Source: a virus
DNA length: 64,000 bases
IMG/VR virus record: IMGVR_UViG_3300029258_002996
Strand: one strand, 5' to 3'
Shown here: positions 1 to 9,600 of the stretch, piece by piece
How positions within the stretch are numbered: the stretch's first letter is position 1
Layout: every line of letters begins with the position of its first letter
Position numbers and translations under genes: made by a program
Notes under the pieces: generated by a model
Told to the model about the DNA's origin: nothing
The model's input: the letters and a program-made list of their open reading frames with translations, nothing else
Databases searched by the model: none

Positions 1-134
1 TCCCAAGTCTTGAAAACACCGCCAACTTCCTCAATCCACGGCTCCTCCCCCGCTAGCCCGGCACTCTCGATTTGCCGTGCCATAAGGTCGGACACTTCTG
101 CCCTTGCGTCGCTTCTCTCCTTTGGATTTCCCAT
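1..134 (-). CDS. Hypothetical protein, truncated by window edge (MGNPKERSDARAEV...)
   Basis: ATG at 134 preceded by GGGAG just after the stop of the ParB-like gene. The frame is open to base 1. Read manually. Confidence 0.55.
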   Translation of the reverse strand, partial: MGNPKERSDARAEVSDLMARQIESAGLAGEEPWIEEVGGVFKTW

Positions 135-139
135 CTTCT

Positions 140-1228
140 TCACTCCCTTTCGTTTGATTCTTCATTGCAAACTTCCCCCACCGAATCTTCTTCAGTTTCA
201 GAAGAGTCGATGAAAAAATCATCCACTTTGTACCAAAATGGAATTCCCAGCTTCTTCGCCACATCAAACAGATGTTTTCCATCCACAACTTCGTATTTTC
301 CGTCTTCCCGAGATTTCACGATTACCGGCTTCGACTTATCGAATCCGGACGCTTCCATAAAGTTCTGCAACATGCGTTTTTTTCCTTTGACTTCTTTATA
401 CGGAGGCACTATAAAATCTTCGAAATTAGAAGACTCCTTCGCTAAGATGATCTTTTTCTTCTCTTCGTTTTCGTCCAACCATTTTCGAAGAAGAGCCCAC
501 GCAGCTTTACGTTCCGGATCGCCATTCTCAATCCGGGACATCGAATCAATCGCGCGTCGTGCCCAACCAAGTCCTCTAAGAGGTGCAGTACATTGTTTCA
601 TCGACTGTTCTCTTTTCTTCTTCCTGCGTTTGGACGCAGCAATATACCCAGGTGACTTTCTCTTTGAAATTTGATCTTGTAGTATTGGATCCGGATCTAC
701 TTTATCGCGCACGCGAACACCGCAATGCTCCGCATACATGGGACCTTTTCCGTAAAATTTCCCCAAGCGAGCCCTAATCTGTTCGGTAACCGTCCCGTTG
801 TTCCTGACTACTTTTTCAGGAAAACCCCGCTCAATAATGGCGCTCACGTATTTCTTGGAAATCCCGGGATTTTTCGCGTTGAGCAAGTTATGACGACGAC
901 CTACCGCCACTTTGAACGCATCTTTGTCGAGAGTCTCTGTAATTTTCCCATTCGCTAGCTGAGCCGCCATGACATAGTCCTGAGCGTCGTCGAAGGTGAT
1001 GATGTAGTCAGGGGCCATCACGATCTTAGGCTCAATTCCCAGCTCTTGACAGATCCGATAACGTTCGTGTCCTTCAAGAATTATAAGATCGTCACTGTCC
1101 TTATCCGCTTTCCATACGACGAGAGGTTCTTTCAGCCCCTCTTTTTGAATACTCTCTTTCAGCTTCCGATAGGCGGAAGCCCTCAGAGGGGGAAGCGGCT
1201 TTTTCAATAGCGGGTCTATCTTAATCAT
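140..1228 (-). CDS. ParB/Srx-like protein with two ParB-like domains
   Basis: N-terminal LKESIQKEGLKEPLVVW...ILEGHERYRICQELG. C-terminal GFDKSKPVIV...YEVVDGKHLFDVAKKLG. Confidence 0.8.
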   Translation of the reverse strand: MIKIDPLLKKPLPPLRASAYRKLKESIQKEGLKEPLVVWKADKDSDDLIILEGHERYRICQELGIEPKIVMAPDYIITFDDAQDYVMAAQLANGKITETLDKDAFKVAVGRRHNLLNAKNPGISKKYVSAIIERGFPEKVVRNNGTVTEQIRARLGKFYGKGPMYAEHCGVRVRDKVDPDPILQDQISKRKSPGYIAASKRRKKKREQSMKQCTAPLRGLGWARRAIDSMSRIENGDPERKAAWALLRKWLDENEEKKKIILAKESSNFEDFIVPPYKEVKGKKRMLQNFMEASGFDKSKPVIVKSREDGKYEVVDGKHLFDVAKKLGIPFWYKVDDFFIDSSETEEDSVGEVCNEESNERE

Positions 1229-1327
1229 TTTTACCCATACGACTGCTTACGATTGCACGGCCTCCATACCCTTACAATACCAAACAGGTAGCTCCGGAGA
1301 CCTGCGAAATCTCAAACTCAGCCTCTT

Positions 1328-1362
1328 CATATACTACAGAGCCGGGGGTCTGTCAATATAGC
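1328..1362 (-). promoter_or_regulatory. Sigma70-like promoter for the ParB-like gene
   Basis: GCTATATTGACA-N17-TATATG. The 12-mer GCTATATTGACA is identical to the one upstream of the lipoprotein gene. Confidence 0.55.
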
Positions 1363-1401
1363 GGAAAGAAAAAATTTAGCCAATACGTATCGGAATCCGA
1401 A

Positions 1402-2151
1402 TCAGGGGTGGCAGATGTCGAACGGGTCTGCGGGAAGGTCCCTGCAAAGTTGACCCGGAGGGCATTGGTCGTCGTGGCCGCATTTTAACGTACAGTTCCG
1501 ACCGGTCACCAACGCACACTCTCCCTGAGCATCGTATGAATGTTCGCAACCTGAGATCACATCCCCGCTTATCGGATCCTTGCACTCCCGAGCGCAAACC
1601 CCAAAATCAGAAGGTGTGATAACCAAGCCGATACAAGGAGACCCGTCGTTGCAATCCTGACCGCGAGGATTGCACGCACACGGCCACCCCGAGTTCAGCG
1701 GACACGGCTCTCGGCATTCACACACCGTCCAACCCATCCGGTCCGGTCGACATTCTTGCGTACCCGGATCCGCAGGAGGGCAAGTACAAATTTGAGTTTC
1801 CCCAGGATCGCACACAAAGCCGGTTCCGGTATCGCTGCCAGTTCCGGTATCTGAGTCAGCGTCCGTGTCGCCATCCACATCGAGATCAGCATCTCCGTCG
1901 AGATCCCCATCGGAATCCGAGTCGGAGTCTCCATCCGCGTCCAGGTCTGCACCACCGTCTGCGTCAGAATCCGTGTCCCCGTCACCGTCCGCATCTCCGT
2001 CCGAACCGGGTCCATGCACAGACTTCTCGGAATCCTGAGAATCGACCGCTGCCTGAAAATCAGTGTCGGTGTCTGCGTTCTCCCCCGGCTCCCCCAGCTC
2101 CGCGTTGCAGCCCAGAAACACAAAGCTCAAAGCCAAAATCCAACAAGTCAT
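1402..2151 (-). CDS. Lipoprotein with Asp-x repeat linker and Cys-rich domain (Myxococcota/deltaproteobacterial style)
   Basis: Signal peptide with lipobox VFLG-C, a DGDADGDGDTDSD... tract and CDPGETQICTC...TQEC...WTVCEC. GGAGG Shine-Dalgarno. Confidence 0.8.
   Translation of the reverse strand: MTCWILALSFVFLGCNAELGEPGENADTDTDFQAAVDSQDSEKSVHGPGSDGDADGDGDTDSDADGGADLDADGDSDSDSDGDLDGDADLDVDGDTDADSDTGTGSDTGTGFVCDPGETQICTCPPADPGTQECRPDRMGWTVCECREPCPLNSGWPCACNPRGQDCNDGSPCIGLVITPSDFGVCARECKDPISGDVISGCEHSYDAQGECALVTGRNCTLKCGHDDQCPPGQLCRDLPADPFDICHP
1820..2003 (-). repeat. Low-complexity (Asp-x)n coding repeat
   Basis: Degenerate 6-nt periodicity encoding D-G/A/S/T dipeptides. Confidence 0.85.
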
Positions 2152-2169
2152 GGCACACCTCCTGAAGCT

Positions 2170-2204
2170 ACCTTACCAAGGAGTTGGACTCTTGTCAATA
2201 TAGC
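2170..2204 (-). promoter_or_regulatory. Sigma70 promoter for the lipoprotein gene
   Basis: TTGACA (2198-2193), 17-nt spacer ending TGG, then TAAGGT (2175-2170), followed by AGGAGG and ATG. Confidence 0.75.
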
Positions 2205-2215
2205 AAAGAGTGGAG

Positions 2216-5200
2216 CTAGAAAACGGTCGCCAGACCTCCATCATCCATCCGAATGTTGGTAGGCGCAAGAGTAAGTCCAACCGTAATCACCTTGGTCCCC
2301 ATCTGAGTTTTTGGCTGCCCGCTCAAGTTTGGAACGCTCATCACGTTGTTGCGAACGACAGGATAAAACTTAAAATTCGCATTTGCGGAGGTTTCTACAT
2401 AGAGAGCGTAGTAAGACCCGGTACTCAGATTGTTGTCCAAAATCAGATTACCCTCGATAAAAGCAGCCCCATGAATCAACCCACCTCCGTAACCTGTTTC
2501 ACTCACATATAGCCCGTGAATGGCCACGGGAGTAGGCGTTGCACTATGGTTATCAATCACGTTGTCTTTGATCGCAAAATGACCTTTGTCGTATTTCGCG
2601 TAATCGCGAACAATAATATGCTGCCCAGTTCCGCTAACAAGACCATCGCAACTTATATAAGTTTTGTTCGATTGAATAGAAAAATGAGAACAAGATCCTA
2701 ACGCAATGCAAGAACTATTGTCCAACAGTAAATTGTCACTACTACGCCCCTGCATAAAAATTTCATTACTATGAATCGTAAGATGAGCACTGTTATCCGC
2801 TCCTATAATTCCATAGCCACCCAACAAACCTCCAAGACTGGTATATGGATTGTCGCGTTCCGTAACAATACGTATCGCGTTGTTTGAAACAATCGAACGA
2901 TCTTGCTTAACGAGAATTCCAACACTTTCAGAATAAATTACGTTTCCGTCGATGGTAGTGTCGGTTACTCGCGCTATGATGCCCCCCTTAAATACTTTAA
3001 GATCATTATTGTTCAGAACCCAATATCGCCCTAAATTGCTAGGGAATATAACTCCTTCTCCAAGATCTTTAACTGTATTTTCTCCAATATTGCAATAATC
3101 GCTATTATAAACACGAAAAGCAGTGCCATCGATAGAAGTCGAGCCGTCCACACGCTTGATCGAATTTCCCTTAAAAACAGAATTCAGGACAGTTCGAATT
3201 TCAAAACCAACTTCTACATCCCCCGTACTATCACCTAGCTCTACGTGATTTTCAAAAACCTTGGCATAATCGGTATCCTTCAAAAAAACCGGATTTACAA
3301 AACCAGTACCGCCAGAACACAAAAAACGATTTTCACTAACGATGGGGGCTTGGCAGTACTCCAAACGTAAGACCGAAACATCGTCAGTAGAGCGAAAATG
3401 ATTCCCTGCGATCTGAAAATTCTGATATCCATTTGCAAGAGAAATCGCATTAGCAAAAATCGTAGCTCGGTTCAAAATAAATTCACAATTCCGAATAGTG
3501 ACATTCTCGATTTTCGACACACCTACCCAACTAGAATCATCAAGAGTCATAAAATATTGAGTAGGGTTTGCATGCGTATACTTACATCCACGTATCTCGA
3601 TGCCGTTTGCAACTCTCAAAGCCGCACCCGCACCGCTCTGCGAGTGAATGCATAAATTCTCCAGAACATTACGCTCCGAGAGAGCCCATGCACCATCCGC
3701 ACTACCGTAGTTAATGTATACCGTGCTTCCTTCCGGAGACGCATCGTGGCCCGCAGTCCCTCGCACATTCACATAAGTTGGCTGCACAATACGTCTGGAA
3801 ATGTTGCTTTCGGCTACTAAGATCACCTCGATGGATCCGGCAAAATGAGGATACTGCTGAGCCAGCTCCGCATACAGAAAAGCGGATTCCAAGCTGTCGA
3901 AAGTAGCTGCAAAAGTCGACAATATGGAAGAACTCCTGCGATTCCCAACCGACCACTCAACTTCCACATTGTTAATGTTCTTAGAGATGTCCACAGTGTC
4001 CGTCACTGCCCCACCGGAAGCATCGACCAACCAAAGTGCCACACCGCGCTCGGGCGGATCCGTTTGGTCTTCTTCCCCGGTGGAAGCCACCGAGAAGTGA
4101 GTTTCGTCGTCAACCCGGGGTGTCAACGCAGACGCGCCGACCACGTATTTCAACGCACTGACTACACTTCCGCTAAAGTCATTGGTCACGTCCAAAACGT
4201 CGAAATTTCCTTCAAAATCGACATAGACCAAATTCGTCGCGTTGTCTGCGAACCCTAAAGACGTGGCCCCCGTAGTCTCGATACGCTTTCCTCGGCAGTA
4301 GTACGCGCCACCTCGAATGTCGGCTGCCAAAGCTGCGATATTGTACAGCTCGAACTCGTTAGCGAAGCCGTTCCGGTTGAAGACGATCCCGGAGGAGAGA
4401 TACTCGTTGTTTGGGGAATAGATCATCTCCTGCAACGCGGAATCAGCCATGTTTTCGACGCACAGAGTTCCCCACGATCTTTTGTCAATAGTGCGACGAA
4501 GACCGGTATAGGGAGCATACCCTAGCTTTCTCTTTGGAGACACTGAATCATACCAAAGAGATAGGGAGGCAATTTGCATATTTTGATCACGATCAGGAGA
4601 AGCCAGAACGTCAATATTATCTTGATAAGGTCCGGCCCCTGATGGGAGAGTATCGTCCGCAGCAGTGGGAGTATCATTCCCGTTTACCCACAAATCAATC
4701 CAATCAATTCCATTCTTTGCATACAGCCGAATCACTTGACTTATCAGATCAGAAGAAGCGATGGATAAAGGTTTCCCGCCGTCCCAAGTGAATATGTAGT
4801 TACCTCCTGAAACTTCATATTTTAAAATAAGTCCCGAAGCAGCGGGGTAATCTTTCGAGCAATCCACAATCCAGGTTCCTTGAACATTCCGAGTTCCTGG
4901 AGGATAACTCATTTTCCTTTTTGCAAAAACATTCGATTCATCGTCTACGTATACTTCCAAAAGACCCGTAGATGTAGAATTCCCCCAATTGGCGTCCCAG
5001 CTACCTGGATCAAAGTAAATTTGATTGTTCAAAATCGAGTCGAACTGCTTCCCATTGATATAGAACAAATCTCCAGAACTGGGATCCTGAATGTTCAAGG
5101 TATCGCCACCCGTGCTACCGGTGTTGATGGTGGCCTGAAAAATATTCGATGAGGATCCCTTCCAGATCCCGTTGCAGTGCATCACGTCCTGGTGCTGCTC

Positions 5201-6169
5201 CAGGTAAGGCAACGACTCTCCTGCGATGTCCTCTACCGACAGCCCGTGCGGATTGGTAGGACTGACGACACCGGTCCCTCGAAGATTCCGATGCAGAAGA
5301 TCCGCAGCGGTGAGTCTCGGAACCGCCTGGTAGTAGAGATTCGTGACCGTGATGGTCTCGGTGATGGGTAGGCCGCTGGTAGGGAGAAGAGAAAGCGTCA
5401 CCAAACACCGAATGTACTCCCCGGCCCCATCCGTGAAATTGTAGATTCCGTCCGAAGTGATGGACACGGTAGGTCCCGTACCGTTCGAAGTGGTCCACTC
5501 GAAATCATGAGGAGCGCCGGGCTTGTCGTACTCCAAGCTCCCATCGCCAACCGGGGTGTTCGGAGACACTTCGAGCACGGTAACGCCCGTGATCTGAATG
5601 AGGGTGCTCGGGGTCGAATAGAGGATGTTGTTGAACGTGGTCGGTCCTTCGATGTTGCTCTGGGTCAGGGAAGTGGTCGCTCCTTGCGCCGTCACCTTCC
5701 CAATCAAGAGGCAGCGATCCTGGGCATCATTGGCCAGGTTGTCGTCCGTGGCGGGGAGAGCGTTGAACTCCGCGTCGGTGAAAACTCGAATCCTCCACGC
5801 GGCCTGCGCTCGGGTCGGATATCTCTCATTGTCGCTCTCGTGGGGCTGGTAGTAGTCTTCATCCTCGGTGTAGACGGCACAAACCCGGTTCACCACCCCA
5901 GAGGTGTAGTCGGAAAGGGCGATATTGTAGTAGTCGCTCGTCGTCTCGATGTACTCGCCGTTCGGAGCGTAACCCGAGAGCTGCTTCACGTCGATGTTCA
6001 GATACGGAGCGGACCCCGATGTATTGACCGTGATTTCGCCTCCGGTGAAGATCCCGCGAGAAGTCCAGTCGACGCGATTTCTGAGAATCTCTTCGGCCTT
6101 TGTGACTTCGGTTCGACGAAGTGCGACGTGGTCTACGACAACGCCGTCCGGATAGGTGCTACCTCTCAT
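2216..6169 (-). CDS. Tail fibre/tailspike with C-terminal right-handed beta-helix
   Basis: Follows the baseplate genes. The C-terminal ~500 aa has repeated IxxNxI/NN motifs typical of pectate-lyase-like folds. NPHG motif present. Confidence 0.8.
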   Translation of the reverse strand: MRGSTYPDGVVVDHVALRRTEVTKAEEILRNRVDWTSRGIFTGGEITVNTSGSAPYLNIDVKQLSGYAPNGEYIETTSDYYNIALSDYTSGVVNRVCAVYTEDEDYYQPHESDNERYPTRAQAAWRIRVFTDAEFNALPATDDNLANDAQDRCLLIGKVTAQGATTSLTQSNIEGPTTFNNILYSTPSTLIQITGVTVLEVSPNTPVGDGSLEYDKPGAPHDFEWTTSNGTGPTVSITSDGIYNFTDGAGEYIRCLVTLSLLPTSGLPITETITVTNLYYQAVPRLTAADLLHRNLRGTGVVSPTNPHGLSVEDIAGESLPYLEQHQDVMHCNGIWKGSSSNIFQATINTGSTGGDTLNIQDPSSGDLFYINGKQFDSILNNQIYFDPGSWDANWGNSTSTGLLEVYVDDESNVFAKRKMSYPPGTRNVQGTWIVDCSKDYPAASGLILKYEVSGGNYIFTWDGGKPLSIASSDLISQVIRLYAKNGIDWIDLWVNGNDTPTAADDTLPSGAGPYQDNIDVLASPDRDQNMQIASLSLWYDSVSPKRKLGYAPYTGLRRTIDKRSWGTLCVENMADSALQEMIYSPNNEYLSSGIVFNRNGFANEFELYNIAALAADIRGGAYYCRGKRIETTGATSLGFADNATNLVYVDFEGNFDVLDVTNDFSGSVVSALKYVVGASALTPRVDDETHFSVASTGEEDQTDPPERGVALWLVDASGGAVTDTVDISKNINNVEVEWSVGNRRSSSILSTFAATFDSLESAFLYAELAQQYPHFAGSIEVILVAESNISRRIVQPTYVNVRGTAGHDASPEGSTVYINYGSADGAWALSERNVLENLCIHSQSGAGAALRVANGIEIRGCKYTHANPTQYFMTLDDSSWVGVSKIENVTIRNCEFILNRATIFANAISLANGYQNFQIAGNHFRSTDDVSVLRLEYCQAPIVSENRFLCSGGTGFVNPVFLKDTDYAKVFENHVELGDSTGDVEVGFEIRTVLNSVFKGNSIKRVDGSTSIDGTAFRVYNSDYCNIGENTVKDLGEGVIFPSNLGRYWVLNNNDLKVFKGGIIARVTDTTIDGNVIYSESVGILVKQDRSIVSNNAIRIVTERDNPYTSLGGLLGGYGIIGADNSAHLTIHSNEIFMQGRSSDNLLLDNSSCIALGSCSHFSIQSNKTYISCDGLVSGTGQHIIVRDYAKYDKGHFAIKDNVIDNHSATPTPVAIHGLYVSETGYGGGLIHGAAFIEGNLILDNNLSTGSYYALYVETSANANFKFYPVVRNNVMSVPNLSGQPKTQMGTKVITVGLTLAPTNIRMDDGGLATVF

Positions 6170-6188
6170 GACATCCTCCTACAATATC

Positions 6189-6674
6189 CTACCACCAAGC
6201 CCAGCGGTCGGTCATGCCCTGAGACCACTGTTCCTTGGGGATCTCGACTTTCTGGCCCGCATACGACCTGGCACCACGTTCAAACCAGTTGTCGTAGTAG
6301 CTGTGTTTGCTGCGCTGGAACAACCAAATCCAAATCGAGTTGATGATGTATATCGGATAGAAGAAGAGACCGCAAGCGTACTGCTGTTGACAATGTCGGT
6401 TTTCGTGCTTCACAGTACGTTCCCATCTCTCCGTATCCGAATCGATCACCACTATATTATTACCGCAACTCCAGCCACCCCAACCTCGGTCGGAAAACGC
6501 CTTCCGGCAGAACCATCCTTCATTGGTCAGGTCCCACAGAAAAGTGAAATCCGGGTACATTTTGAACTTCTGGATCTGCCCAGTCACGAGCAAGACGATT
6601 CCGAAAATCCAAAAACCCAAAGAGACCGGAAGGGTCCACAAGAACCCGAGAAAAAAGGCGATTTTCTTAAACAT
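6189..6674 (-). CDS. Membrane-anchored putative zinc metallopeptidase-like protein
   Basis: N-terminal hydrophobic helix, HExxH (KHENRH) and downstream YYDNWFERGA. Confidence 0.65.
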   Translation of the reverse strand: MFKKIAFFLGFLWTLPVSLGFWIFGIVLLVTGQIQKFKMYPDFTFLWDLTNEGWFCRKAFSDRGWGGWSCGNNIVVIDSDTERWERTVKHENRHCQQQYACGLFFYPIYIINSIWIWLFQRSKHSYYDNWFERGARSYAGQKVEIPKEQWSQGMTDRWAWW

Positions 6675-9600
6675 TTGTCAGTCCTGGTACGTTCGCGTTC
6701 GAGCCGAACAGGTGAAGCCCCTTCATGACCATCGATCTCAACCGAAAATCGCGCAGATCTCGGATGTTGCTGGCCGAGAAGCGCAATTGATGGATCACAT
6801 GCCCTAAAGGGGTCTGTGTTACATTCACGTTCTCATTTTTCTCTACCACATTCCATGAAGCGGATCCGCAAGCCGTGGAGGTCGGTCCCGAGCGATGCTC
6901 GAAGGTGAGATTGATTCTCCGTTGGTCGTAGAGAACTACAGATTCATAAGTAAGCTGGTAAAGAACGCCTTCGACATACTGAGAGACATCGAGTTCGACT
7001 GTTTTCGAGTCAATGTACCTCCAGTTCGCCGGAGAAATGATTCTCGTTTCATCCTCGTCTTCCAAGAACAGCGTCGAAGTGCTTTGATCTCTGTTTGAGC
7101 GATTCTCCAGAATAGCCCGTCCCGTATCCGGATTGATGTAGATGGGTACCGTGATCTCTTTTGAAATTTCGTTGTGATCGAACCTTTCCCACAACATATA
7201 GTCCACGAGCCACATGTAATCTTGGAAATTGGTGCCCAAATCAATAAAAGGTGTTGTAATTCGATAAATCGGATTGTAGTTGAACGTGTACTGCGCCGAC
7301 GAGTTGTAGTAGGCGGTGTCAACTTGAATCTGAGAGGCAGAATTGAAATGCCACTTGTCGTTCGGAACCAAAACACCGTCCTCGAACAACATCGCGGCTT
7401 CCTGATCCTGATCCGAATCGTACAGGAGGGCGGCAACGTAGGGGGCGGATCCGGAAAACGTAAGCTCCTCCCCCTCAATCGGCAGCACATTCGGACCGAC
7501 GAACGAGTACCTGAACGGCGTATCCGGATTGACATCCATATTGACCAAAGTGCAGTTCGAAAAATCGGCCTCCGTGATCGGCCCCTTCAAATTGAGAGGC
7601 TCCCCAGCCGTTCCGTATTCGGTCACGTCGAAAATGTCGATAGATGAATGCGCAGGAGAGATCTTCCGCACATGGCCCTGCTGAACAGAGGTGTCTGAAA
7701 TCTCGACAATTCGGCTTTCCGTCGCCGCCGGGGGAGTACCGCTGAGAATCGGCAACAGGTCGTAATCCGCGAGAACCTGGATCGAGGAGCTGTCCGGAGC
7801 GAGAAGCTGGTAGTAGCCCGAGCTGGTCACCGAAACCCATCCGACACCTGGAGTCCAAGTCGTTCCGTTGGGCGTCCACCGGAGGCGACGAAGATCCCCT
7901 ACGCTGTTGTACTCGTACTCGAAAGTGCCGTTTCCCGGATTCGTATCCAGTGAGATGCTCGTCACTTCCACGCCTGAGAGAACCGTAGGGGGAGTCGCTC
8001 GCTTGTGCGGCAAGCCGATGTACTCCTGTTCTGTCAGGGAAAGCGGATCCGGCGACCAACACCAGAGAAGCTCCCCAAAATATTGTCGATGTCGATAACG
8101 GGCAATCGTCGTGTTGGCAAGCACACGCGAGGTAATGTACTCGACATCTACATTGAAGCTATCGATCATCACGTCGACGGAACCAGCATCCGTGATTTCG
8201 ATAGCGACCAGAACACTGTTGTCCACCAGATCAGCCGGAATGACAACGCTGAAATCCAGGAACGTGAAGTCTTCGTACCAGGAGCCCCCAGAGTCCTGCT
8301 GAACCGGCACAGCAGGTCCTGCGACCCAAGTAGCACCTCCGTCGAAAGAGAAGCTCAGGGAAGCTGTGGTAGGCCCTGCGGTACCACTGAGAATCCAACC
8401 GCTGAATGTGGCAAGGTAGCCTTCGTAATCATAGAACAGTCCAGGGCTCTGTTGCGGGAAATTGGTTCCCCGAGGTCCTGGCCTCGGCATAGGCCATTGG
8501 AGAACCCGGGAGATCAAGGCATGGCTGCTCGCGGACAGATCCTGAAGTTGAATTAGAAACTGAGGGGAGGGATCATACGATTCCAGCTTGTCCGTAACCA
8601 CCTTTGATGGAAGGATTGTCGAAACCGTGCTCGGAAGAGGGCTGAACAACCACCAGTTGTCGGGCAACTCAGGGTTACCGAAAGTAGCGTCGTCGACCAC
8701 ATCCACGTTATCGGAAGTGAGGATCGCGGGAAGCTGGGTTCGATCCACGAGAACCCAAGCTCCTTTCGTCTGTTCCAAGTTTCGGTTCACGTTCGTATAA
8801 GCCACCTTGAACGAACGGGCTGCCGCTATGGTCGGGTAGGGGCCGGGGGGAGCGGCCATCTCATCGGGGTAGCACTTGACTTTGATGGTCGCGCTCACGC
8901 TATCCGATACAACATACTCCGCGATATCCTCGGTTATCGGAGTCCACGGAGAAAATAGAGCGCCGCCAGAATGCCATCGAATTTCCCGGGTAGGTGGAAC
9001 GGTAGAACCGTCATAGCGATATTGAAATTCACAGTTCGAGTGAATGTCTTTGACCCCCAAAATCTCCACGCCGAAAACACCATCAAAGATATTCTCATCG
9101 AACTTGAGATCTCCCGGCTTGATCCCGAACAACTCCGCAGCCGCATTGGACGGCCCGCTTTCGATCTTCACGCTCGAACCGGCGACCGTTGTGCTTTGAA
9201 GGAGCAGCTTGCCGTTGTAAGACGAAGCCACTACAGCCCCGAGGGCGGCGTTGATGTCGGCAATGACGTTCGCCACGGTCGGCGTCGGGAAACCTGTCGT
9301 CAAGGTGACTACTACGATTCCGACATCGTCGATGTCCAGGTAGAGCTTGTCTTCAAAAGCGCTGAGTAAAAACGGTCCCGCAAGTCCGAGGATGAATGCA
9401 GGTACCGTCGACGGCGGACCGGGGAGGAACAGCGCTCCGTTGTTGGCAGGTACATAAGGACCCCAACTTCCCCCGACCTGCCAACGAAGCGCGTCCGGAG
9501 TCGGATCGTACTCGATCACAGCCGCAGGAGATCCTGAAGGAAGATCGGCTTCAACACGCTCCAGTTGTACTCCTGAAATTCCGGCTCCGGCGTAGGCTAC

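Noticed and set aside
1820-2003. CRISPR or other DNA-level array
   Set aside because: The periodicity is explained by Asp-x codons, with no repeat-spacer structure. No CRISPR array was seen anywhere in the window.
2216-6169. Diversity-generating retroelement target
   Set aside because: No template/variable repeat pair or reverse transcriptase was seen in this window.
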